Virus record (IMG/VR): IMGVR_UViG_3300009152_000001
DNA: 64,000 bases
DNA from: an uncultured virus (IMG/VR IMGVR_UViG_3300009152_000001)
Taxonomy: Duplodnaviria; Heunggongvirae; Uroviricota; Caudoviricetes
Reading direction: 5' to 3' (one strand)
In this document: positions 15,400-23,667 of the stretch, in pieces
How positions within the stretch are numbered: position 1 is the stretch's first letter
Layout of the letters: the number at the start of each line of letters is the position of its first letter
Notes under the pieces: model-generated
What the model was told of the DNA's origin: nothing
The model's database searches: none
The model's input: the letters and a program-made list of their open reading frames with translations, nothing else
Program-made: the position numbers and the translations under genes

Positions 15400-16062
15400 A
15401 TGAGTCTGAATGAGACACAGTTCAAAGGGATGAACGTCAACAACCCTGCTCCGTTGTCAATGGGGTTCCATGGGACCAAGGCAGACATCTCAGGAGACAT
15501 CAAACCTTCAGCATCAACGGGTGCGGACGCGGCAGGAATCGCGTTGACTGACAAAACGTATTTCACACCTCTAGAAGAGGAGGCGTGGGGATACGCAAGT
15601 GGCACTGGAAGGGGTCGGGGACGCCCGCGCGTGTACCAAACCGCTCCTGTTGGTCACCAATCCTTGGACACTAACCATGCAAATAGCCGTCCGACTGTTC
15701 CTATCGGTAAGAATCTTGAATGGCCAGAATCTTATACAGAGCAAACTGCACCTCGGACAGTCGATTCACAGAAAATAACTGACACTCATTGGACTCCCAC
15801 CCCGAGGCATAAGGGCGGTTGGGTTCAGGGCACCCTTCCACACATCAACTGGCACGAGTTTAATACCCCTAACTGGGTGCAATACAACGCCGAAGGTGAG
15901 GCTCACGACGATTTCGGTCAGCGAATTGAACCTGCAACGGCTCAAACTGATGGAGGAACCCCCAAAATGGACACCCCTCGCAGTTTTAAGGACACTCCGT
16001 TGCCCGGATTTGAGTCAACTACTCCAAAATCGGCCCCGACCTTGTCACATATGCCATTATGA
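15400..16062 (+). CDS. Arr-like (rifampin ADP-ribosyltransferase family) ART domain protein
   Basis: FHGTKADISGD...TYFT...GRPRVYQTAPVG...LDTN matches the Arr motif order FHGTKADL.xGD / IYFT / GRPRVYxVEPxG / DPN. Confidence 0.75.
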   Translation: MSLNETQFKGMNVNNPAPLSMGFHGTKADISGDIKPSASTGADAAGIALTDKTYFTPLEEEAWGYASGTGRGRGRPRVYQTAPVGHQSLDTNHANSRPTVPIGKNLEWPESYTEQTAPRTVDSQKITDTHWTPTPRHKGGWVQGTLPHINWHEFNTPNWVQYNAEGEAHDDFGQRIEPATAQTDGGTPKMDTPRSFKDTPLPGFESTTPKSAPTLSHMPL

Positions 16063-16134
16063 GTCTCAAAATGCGAGAAATGGGTCAATTTTCGGGCATA
16101 ATTTACGTCTTTTTGACGATTGAAGGGTAAAATC

Positions 16135-16846
16135 ATGGCAAAACGTACCAGAGTGCCTAAAAACAATGATGTAGTGACGGTGTACCACCGGTCGTACTCT
16201 CCTGACTCGCCTCATGTTGGTGCGGGTGGCAGGATGTCGCCAACCCGAGACTTGCACCTTATGACCGAGGTGGCTGAAGAAGACCGACAACACGGTTTGA
16301 TTGGCAATGCTGACATGTCAGAACTAGCAAAGACTAGCCTAGAAGAGGGCATTTATAGCGGTTTAGAATCCGATAAATGGGAAAGTACCGAGGGGAACAG
16401 GTTGCGAGACAACCGGGGGGGTACTACTTGGGGCGACCCGGGACAAAGGTATCCATGGCCCAGAGGTCCTCTTTACGGGAGGGCGCAGGACTGTATCCTC
16501 TCCTAAGTTCATGGACAGGCCGTACACCCATAGGTACCAAATCCCAAATAACGCAATATCTGAAGAGATTTGGGGCGATGACGACATTGGTATGTCTGAT
16601 GTAGCAACTCCAATATCCCCTCACAACCACATCCCACTTCGACGTAGCATGGTTATCCAATCTGGAAAAGTTCACCGAATGGTGAATTCTATGGAAGGCC
16701 CAAAGCAGTCTTTAAACTATGTTATTCCTATAAATCAAATGGAACACTTGGGTATACAATTCAAGGGTACAAGAGTCGATAGGGCCGCCCTTGACGAGGA
16801 CTACTATCCAAGACCTCGTCAATCTACCGTGCATCGCCCAACTTAG
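16135..16846 (+). pseudogene. Probable single gene split by a +1 frameshift (ORFs 16135..16506 and 16511..16846)
   Basis: The downstream frame stays open upstream of its ATG (DKGIHGPEVLFTGG...MDRPYTHRY) back past a G7 run at 16415-16421; no RBS before 16511. Confidence 0.5.
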
Positions 16847-16909
16847 GAGGGGCTTACGGCACCTCTTAAGTTGGTATCAAGTATAATAGAGGCATAAAGG
16901 GGACCTCAC

Positions 16910-17542
16910 ATGGCAGCAAGCGACAGTTTAGGTGGACAGTTTGATTTCAACCGTGAAATCAAAAAACAAGTAATTCCTAAAGAACACCACGAAGCCATCT
17001 TGAACGCCCTCCAAGAACTGAGTGAGCAAGGTGTGGAGTTCATGCCTCACGGGGTGGCTTTCCATAAAGAAGGTAAGCGCCATATTGTACCCACAAAATA
17101 TACGATACTAGACGCTCCTATAGGAGGGCGCAGTAGTTTCTCTACAGTTGTTCCAAATGAGTCTGAACAACACGTTATTGCCATTAATGATCCATACTCA
17201 AGAGGACCCAAACTTACACACACTCGTTGGCGCGGTGATAGTGGTAACCCAGTCCCTACCTACGAGGGTAGGAAGTGGGACGAAGGCCCCGCCTATTTCG
17301 ATCAAATAGCGCACCGCGAGGAGACCGACCCCTCGCGAATGAGAGACTACCTTAGGCGACACAGTTTTGTAGCCGGGGAGGAGGGGTATGGGGGTCCTCC
17401 ATCTCCTGTTCCTGCCAACAAAGACCCACGTTTGAAAGTAGTGGTTGGTGAGTTAGGTGACTCCGAGCCCCACCGATACCATTACCACCCCGGCACGGGG
17501 GCTATAACGCGCCGAGAGTTGGGCGAAAATGAGTGGCATTAA
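16910..17542 (+). CDS. Hypothetical protein with MAASDSLGGQF N-terminus
   Basis: TATAAT 16882-16887; AAAGGGG RBS. Confidence 0.75.
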   Translation: MAASDSLGGQFDFNREIKKQVIPKEHHEAILNALQELSEQGVEFMPHGVAFHKEGKRHIVPTKYTILDAPIGGRSSFSTVVPNESEQHVIAINDPYSRGPKLTHTRWRGDSGNPVPTYEGRKWDEGPAYFDQIAHREETDPSRMRDYLRRHSFVAGEEGYGGPPSPVPANKDPRLKVVVGELGDSEPHRYHYHPGTGAITRRELGENEWH

Positions 17543-17581
17543 CACTAGACACCCAAGCACCATCACAAAGGGTTATTAACT

Positions 17582-17761
17582 ATGGCTGCTAAAGACCATC
17601 TTTCACATGACCAGATGCACTTGTTCACCGATGAGGGTGATCAGGCTAGTTCACGTATGCGGATGAACGACGTTATGGCATGGATGCGGGACAAGGAAAA
17701 GGGTAAAGGTGTAAGCCAGTGGTATCCGGGTTGGGCCGTAGATAATGGTTACACGATCTGA
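17582..17761 (+). CDS. Hypothetical protein (59 aa) with MAAKDHLSHDQMHLF N-terminus
   Basis: Hand-translated; TGA overlaps the ATG of the next gene. Confidence 0.6.
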   Translation: MAAKDHLSHDQMHLFTDEGDQASSRMRMNDVMAWMRDKEKGKGVSQWYPGWAVDNGYTI

Positions 17762-18270
17762 TGCACGCTGAATCCGCTGAGTTCCTGCGCACCCACTCCA
17801 AAGAGGCCAAATGGGCTGGTGCTACCGTATTTGAGGTAGGCGCATACAACGTCAACGGTCGCGCCCGAGATTTCGTACCCAAGGGATGGGAATCTTGGGT
17901 AGGGTTCGACCTATTAGAAGGGCCAGATGTTGACGTAGTGGGGGACGCTACCGAACTCCTTCCGAAGCAGGGTACGTGCAACATCCTCGTGTCAACTGAG
18001 GTTCTTGAGCACTGTGAGGCTTGGGCGCTGCTGGTGGAGAAGATGTGCGCGGCTGTACGGCGTGGTGGGTATCTGATCCTCACGTGCGCAGGTCCGGGCC
18101 GTCCTGAGCATTCTGCTGGTGGTGGTGTCCTCATGGACGGTGAGCACTACCGTAACGTCTCTGCGTTTGAGATAGAGGCCCTTGCCACGCAGTTTGGATT
18201 CCAGACACTTGTCGTAAACGACATCAACGGCGACGCCCAGTATGTTGGTAAAAAACAAACAAAGAAGTAG
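17761..18270 (+). CDS. Class I SAM-dependent methyltransferase
   Basis: VFEVGAYNVNG, GFDLLEGPDVDVVGDA, VSTEVLEH, GGYLILT. Confidence 0.85.
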   Translation: MHAESAEFLRTHSKEAKWAGATVFEVGAYNVNGRARDFVPKGWESWVGFDLLEGPDVDVVGDATELLPKQGTCNILVSTEVLEHCEAWALLVEKMCAAVRRGGYLILTCAGPGRPEHSAGGGVLMDGEHYRNVSAFEIEALATQFGFQTLVVNDINGDAQYVGKKQTKK

Positions 18271-18276
18271 AACAAA

Positions 18277-18975
18277 TTGGAAAACACATACCACTGGTAT
18301 CACGTCTACGCAGACGGTCAATGGCAAGAAAGCGTTGATGAACACATCTTCGCCCTTCGTAAGTACGGGTTGTATGACGCACTGACCACGATGTTCGTGG
18401 GCTTCGTAGGTTCTCCAGAGAACATCGCAAAGGCCAAACAGCACATAACAGACAGCGGAATCGACTTCGTTACCTGCGCTGAGGTCCCTTATGGGTGGGA
18501 GCAGATAACCCAGACCCATATGTGGGAGTTCTCCAAGGATAACGATGGGTATTGCGTGTACACCCACACGAAGGGTGCGTCCACCGGTAACGACTCCTTC
18601 GCAACCTCGTGGCGTAGGGGCATGGAATGGTACACGATATGCAAATGGAGTTCGGCTCGCGCCCTCCTTAATTGCGGTATACGTGTCGCTGGGCCTCACT
18701 GGATACTGATTAACCACACGGGCAGCGAGCACCACCACTTCCACCACCAGTATTCTCCCTCAGGGATATTCGGGGGCACATTCTGGTGGACTACCTTGCA
18801 GGAGATTCGCAACGGTAACGCCCCCGAGTTGGATACCCGTTTCTGCGCAGAACACTGGATTTCCCAACGAAATCCGCCCTTATCGCCCGAACAGGTGGTC
18901 TCTTTGGGAGGAATATCCACGTTTATCGGGTCGTACATCGCAGAGGCCCTCACGTGGTATACGCCACCAGTCTAG
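18277..18975 (+). CDS. Putative glycosyltransferase-like protein
   Basis: YTHTKG, FGGTFWW, RFCAEHWI motifs; TTG start; function inferred. Confidence 0.5.
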   Translation: MENTYHWYHVYADGQWQESVDEHIFALRKYGLYDALTTMFVGFVGSPENIAKAKQHITDSGIDFVTCAEVPYGWEQITQTHMWEFSKDNDGYCVYTHTKGASTGNDSFATSWRRGMEWYTICKWSSARALLNCGIRVAGPHWILINHTGSEHHHFHHQYSPSGIFGGTFWWTTLQEIRNGNAPELDTRFCAEHWISQRNPPLSPEQVVSLGGISTFIGSYIAEALTWYTPPV

Positions 18976-19030
18976 CCACAATACGGTATACTTAGTCTCG
19001 GACACCACGACTACCGGGGGATTAGTTAGG

Positions 19031-19153
19031 TTGAAGACCCGCATCGGAATTGCAATCACTTTATCCGTTCTGGCGGGCATCGGATTCCTAACTATTTCCA
19101 TCTATCAGGCCATCAAAGATTTCCACGACGAACCTGATGGATTTTGGGAGTGA
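19031..19153 (+). CDS. Small single-TM peptide (40 aa)
   Basis: TTG start, KTRIGIAITLSVLAGIGFLTISIYQAIKDF; GG-TATACT at 18985. Confidence 0.45.
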   Translation: MKTRIGIAITLSVLAGIGFLTISIYQAIKDFHDEPDGFWE

Positions 19154-19156
19154 CTT

Positions 19157-19417
19157 ATGCAGGCATTGGTGGCCATTGACGCAGGGACTGGCATCTGGCT
19201 CAGCCCCATCATCGTTGCTCTTATCGGTGGGCCGCTGATGTTCTTGGTAAGGATGCTTGACCACCATAACACCCGGCAGCATGATCAGAACATGGACGTT
19301 CTCACCTCAATAAAGGCTTCCGTAGAGGAAGTGAAGAACGATGTGAAGCAGATAGACACCCGTCTTGAGCGCCACATCGACTGGCACATGCACCAAACAG
19401 CAAAGGAAAAAGTCTGA
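19157..19417 (+). CDS. Holin-like membrane protein (TM plus coiled coil)
   Basis: WLSPIIVALIGGPLMFLV; NTRQH...RLERHIDWH. Confidence 0.6.
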   Translation: MQALVAIDAGTGIWLSPIIVALIGGPLMFLVRMLDHHNTRQHDQNMDVLTSIKASVEEVKNDVKQIDTRLERHIDWHMHQTAKEKV

Positions 19418-19557
19418 TGACCCCTTCAAAAGTACGTCTTCTCGTCCGCGCCGTCGTTGTGTGTGCAACGGCCTTCGGTCTGAAACTCAGCGCAGACCAA
19501 GTAGCAGGACTCTACCTGCTCACCGAGGCGCTGGTGCAAGTCTTCGTCAAAGACTGA
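19417..19557 (+). CDS. Small two-TM holin-like protein (46 aa)
   Basis: MTPSKVRLLVRAVVVCATAFGLKLSADQVAGLYLLTEALVQVFVKD; TGATG overlap. Confidence 0.55.
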   Translation: MTPSKVRLLVRAVVVCATAFGLKLSADQVAGLYLLTEALVQVFVKD

Positions 19558-19589
19558 TTTGTACTACAATTACATTGTAATTACATAAC

Positions 19590-19619
19590 AAGGGGGTCAC
19601 TTGCGGGTGACCCCCTTTT
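19590..19619 (+). terminator. Intrinsic terminator
   Basis: AAGGGGGTCAC-TTGCGG-GTGACCCCCTTTT. Confidence 0.8.
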
Positions 19620-19657
19620 CAATGTCCACTGCTAGTTATGAGGTAGAATATAAGGCA

Positions 19658-20404
19658 ATGAGCATCACCCAGTCTAATTACCACATAACCAAGGGATTGC
19701 CGTGGGAACGCCTTGTCATCGTAAAGGACAGGCGCACCCACCGAGTGCTCATGCCTACAGACGCTTGGGCAACCATAAAGACGAGTAACAACACCAAGAA
19801 GACTGTTCCCCTCTACATCACCTCAGAGGGCGGCATCATGCTGTACCTCTCTGCTGAGGAGACTCGTGAACTGCCCGAAGGGGAACTTCCCTACGACGTT
19901 GTTGCGGTACTCACCCAGCGATCTGCCCTCGCTGGGGGAGGGTGGACAAGTGTCACTACTCCAGTAGCCACCGGCACCGTTTTGGTGTCCTCAGTGGACC
20001 TCGCATCTTCGCTAGGAGACTCAACGTACATGGAACTCACCCTCAAGAAAGGCGCGGACTTCCGCCTCACGCTGTCGTGGCTTGGCAGCGACGGGGCCGT
20101 CCTCAGCATCACCGACGCGTACATGCAGGCCAAGAACTCCACCGGAACTGTTGTGGTGGACCTGCGGTGGTTCGCAACCACCCCAAGTGAGACCACCATT
20201 CTGTCCCAAACCGGTCCCCGCCGTGGTTATCTGGCCCCCTTCACGGGCGAATCACTTGAAATGCACATCTCTGATATGAACACGGTTACAGCGGGAACGT
20301 ACCCTTACGACATCTTCGTCAAGGGGTCAGTGAACGACGACTGGGTGTTCTTGGCTGGCGGCAACCTAATAGTGGAGTCAACGATCTCGGTTAAGCCATC
20401 ATGA
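19658..20404 (+). CDS. Virion structural/fibre adaptor protein (two tandem beta domains)
   Basis: Internal repeat ITKG..W / LKKGADF and GELPYDV / GTYPYDI; precedes the tailspike. Confidence 0.55.
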   Translation: MSITQSNYHITKGLPWERLVIVKDRRTHRVLMPTDAWATIKTSNNTKKTVPLYITSEGGIMLYLSAEETRELPEGELPYDVVAVLTQRSALAGGGWTSVTTPVATGTVLVSSVDLASSLGDSTYMELTLKKGADFRLTLSWLGSDGAVLSITDAYMQAKNSTGTVVVDLRWFATTPSETTILSQTGPRRGYLAPFTGESLEMHISDMNTVTAGTYPYDIFVKGSVNDDWVFLAGGNLIVESTISVKPS

Positions 20405-23400
20405 GTGTAATCATCAACAAGTCAACAAACGACAAGGTAGTCGTCAACAAGACCGCTACTGAGACAGTCAAGGTCGCTACGGGTATCAAAGGTGACGTTG
20501 GAGCAACAGGCCCAGTTGGTCCTATCGGCCCAGTCGGTGACCCCGGAGTGCACGTTGGTCCAACCCCTCCAGCGGACACTGATCTCCTATGGGTTGACAC
20601 CTCATCCACCTTGAGTGGTACCGGGGGGCAATCCATTTATGGTCTGGCTGACCCGTCTAACTACCTAAACGTGCCTGCCGAGATGCTTGATCTGGGTAAC
20701 TCCACTACGGGTTGGATAGTAGTCAACGCTGTTTCTAGTTTAACTGTTGACTCTTCATTTGGTGTTGGTAACGAGGCTATAACCGTACAACTGAGCGCCG
20801 GAACTGGGAACTCTTTAATAAACTCTAAAGTGTACAAAAACTTCTCACCAATAGATATGTCGAATAGGGTCACATTATCTTTTGAAACAACGAGAGACTT
20901 TCTTTTAGGTCCCTCCAGTAATCCCTCCCAGTTTGTGGTCGTAGCCGCTACAGGCAATAATCTAACAGGCACCCTATTCACAGCCCCGTACCCTGATGGC
21001 GCGGAACTCGCATGGACAAAGGCGTATGTTGATGTCCCCCTTGGTACTACTATCAGAAGTATTGGTATAAAGTCAACAACCCTTGGGCAAGGCGGTACTA
21101 ACAGAATCCAGTTTTGGATTCGTAATCTACAAGTGGAGCCTGTAAGCAATGTGCAGGCTGCTCAACTGGTAGGTAAAACCCCCGTGGTCACAGAAGCCAC
21201 GGCGGTGGGCACTACTGGCCACATTTCTCCTGTAAATCTTACTCCTAAACTTGATTTGCGTAGGGATAGCGCAGTAGTCCCCGGTTTGGGAGGTTGGTGG
21301 GATTTGCGGGAATGGGGAGTTCCCGAGGATGGAGTCACCGACACAACTTCCTATATTAACAATGTGTTGGCAGACCTACCGGAGGGGGCGCGGCTCAAGT
21401 TTCCTACCGGAGGTGTATTTCGCCTTGATGGTACGATATCAATATCACGTCCAGTTACGATTGACTTTAATGGGTCTATCTTGTACACGCCATTCAGGCG
21501 CCCAAAGACCCAACTTTCTAACGACTTTATACAGATTAGTGGCTATGTAACTGACGTTAATATATTAAACGGCAACATCTTTGCTACTAGGTACACTCCT
21601 ATAAATGCTGGCGGGGTTATCACAGTCCTAGCAGGTAACGTCGTAACATCAGGTTCAATTTCGGTTCTTAACTCTGTTGGGGATTCTGGCCAGTACATTC
21701 CTACTGATCAGTATGTCAGGTGGCTGGGACGCCACTATGAACCGGGATTTGGAATAGTTAATCGTTTTGACACCACTCTAAGTGGAGATGGCCTATCCTC
21801 AGTGCAGGTTGAAATAGTGACCCAATCAGGCGAGGTACTGGCAACCCAATCAATAGTCCCCCCGGTGGCCCCTCAGTCCTACACCCTTCGGTGTAATCCC
21901 CCCGATCTGAGTAAGCGACTTTTTATCCGTTATACAAAGTCGGGTGGAACCTCTCCAATTAATATTCACACGATCACTCCTTGGGGTATCAATACCTATA
22001 GTTCTGCCTATGAGTTTGCTACAGGTATAACGGTTCAAAATGCTTCGCGAGTTTTAGTGGAGAATTGGTGGATTGAAGGTGTGGGTGGTTATGGGACTTT
22101 TGTGCAATCTTTTGACAAGTCTCTTGGTCATGTTACGTTTAAAAACGTAACGTCAAGATGTGGTAACACCCAAAACCATGCTCCCGTGACTGGGCGCTAT
22201 ATCACTTACGAGTCATGCAACTCCTACGAATCAGGACGAACTGGGTTTGACTGCGAGCCTTATGGCACAGGCTGGGCTCTTGACCATATAACTCTTAACA
22301 ATTGTACTAGTAGGAACGACCGTAACTACGCACTGAGCACGGCCAACTGGGGATTAATATCCAATCTAAATGTAAACAACTTCAAAGCAATTGACTGGGG
22401 CTTTGGAGCCTTCATAGGAGGTTCTCGTGGCGGTCGTATAAGTGGTTTTACATCGTCAAGTACGATCTCTAGTAACTCAGATATGTCTATATCTGCTAAG
22501 GATATGCTTATTACTAACCTTGAATTGGGTAATGGGCTTCAAGTTGTACCATCGGTGTGGACACTCGACGGTAACTACACTGCCGGTGGTAATATGATCT
22601 CTAACTTCGTAATCAGTAACATGAGGTCAGTGGGTAATGACTACTCTGCTGCTATTGAAATACAAGATGGGTCATCCACCATCTCTGGTGGTACCTATCC
22701 GAGTGAGACCCCTACGACTCCCGGCACAAACGCCCTTTCATATGGCGCAGTGGCCAACATTACGGGTCGCTCTCCAATGTTTGGTTTTGATGTAGGACGT
22801 TGGCGTAAAGTCATGCCAAAGACCTTTAAAGGTCTTGCTATGGACGGTACGTGGTGGCCCTACGGACTGGACTCCTCCGACGCCCTAGTTTCTACTAGAG
22901 GGCTGTCTGCGACGGCTAGGAGACCACAAAACTTCAGGGGTATAGCCGCCCCCGTTGCGACAGGTGTGCAATCCGCTACCGTTACCTTTCCCCAAAAATC
23001 AGGGTTTGCAAATCTAACGTCTGTGCAATTCGCTGCCTCACCTTATCTATATACAGGCACAAAACCAACCACACTAACCACCGGTACTTCTTACTACTAT
23101 GCAATCTGTGGGATTGTTGACTACGACGACTGGGGGCACCGCCCAGCAGTGAGGACTGCCACGGGCGCAGCACTTACCTCTACCAACCGCGTCTACATCA
23201 TGGGTGTGCAGGGCCGTCTTGACTGGAGTAACCAGACTTCAATTGCTGGGTACGCAATATACCGAGGAACTGGTGGATCAGCGTCTAGTGGCCCATGGAC
23301 AGCACGGTACATAGTGCGCCCCACAGGCCCTTGGTTCTCATCTCGTAACGACTTAACCCAAGTTATAGACACCGGGGACTCGTTGGTTACTTCATACGCG

Positions 23401-23667
23401 GCGGCTGCCGACAGGGAGTGGGGGTACCCCAATATGAACGTGGCTGACGGTGTGCTAGCGACCGCCGAATACGGGTCTTGGTCCCTTATTGAAGGCCCCT
23501 TCTCAGACACCACTGGTTACGAATGGGACACTTCTTACAGCATCCAAATCACTCCCTCGTGGGTGACCACCGTTGCGGTTGTTGCTAAACGCCAGTCAGG
23601 GTTTGATGTGGAGTTTGGTACTCCAGCACCTGCTGGAGCGACTTTTGACTGGGTACTAATCCGCTAA
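20401..23667 (+). CDS. Tailspike/fibre with pectate-lyase-like beta-helix (depolymerase)
   Basis: Short collagen GxxGxx; WDLREWGVPEDGVTDTT...LKFPTGGVFRLDGTISI cap motif; beta-helix repeats. Confidence 0.75.
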   Translation: MSVIINKSTNDKVVVNKTATETVKVATGIKGDVGATGPVGPIGPVGDPGVHVGPTPPADTDLLWVDTSSTLSGTGGQSIYGLADPSNYLNVPAEMLDLGNSTTGWIVVNAVSSLTVDSSFGVGNEAITVQLSAGTGNSLINSKVYKNFSPIDMSNRVTLSFETTRDFLLGPSSNPSQFVVVAATGNNLTGTLFTAPYPDGAELAWTKAYVDVPLGTTIRSIGIKSTTLGQGGTNRIQFWIRNLQVEPVSNVQAAQLVGKTPVVTEATAVGTTGHISPVNLTPKLDLRRDSAVVPGLGGWWDLREWGVPEDGVTDTTSYINNVLADLPEGARLKFPTGGVFRLDGTISISRPVTIDFNGSILYTPFRRPKTQLSNDFIQISGYVTDVNILNGNIFATRYTPINAGGVITVLAGNVVTSGSISVLNSVGDSGQYIPTDQYVRWLGRHYEPGFGIVNRFDTTLSGDGLSSVQVEIVTQSGEVLATQSIVPPVAPQSYTLRCNPPDLSKRLFIRYTKSGGTSPINIHTITPWGINTYSSAYEFATGITVQNASRVLVENWWIEGVGGYGTFVQSFDKSLGHVTFKNVTSRCGNTQNHAPVTGRYITYESCNSYESGRTGFDCEPYGTGWALDHITLNNCTSRNDRNYALSTANWGLISNLNVNNFKAIDWGFGAFIGGSRGGRISGFTSSSTISSNSDMSISAKDMLITNLELGNGLQVVPSVWTLDGNYTAGGNMISNFVISNMRSVGNDYSAAIEIQDGSSTISGGTYPSETPTTPGTNALSYGAVANITGRSPMFGFDVGRWRKVMPKTFKGLAMDGTWWPYGLDSSDALVSTRGLSATARRPQNFRGIAAPVATGVQSATVTFPQKSGFANLTSVQFAASPYLYTGTKPTTLTTGTSYYYAICGIVDYDDWGHRPAVRTATGAALTSTNRVYIMGVQGRLDWSNQTSIAGYAIYRGTGGSASSGPWTARYIVRPTGPWFSSRNDLTQVIDTGDSLVTSYAAAADREWGYPNMNVADGVLATAEYGSWSLIEGPFSDTTGYEWDTSYSIQITPSWVTTVAVVAKRQSGFDVEFGTPAPAGATFDWVLIR

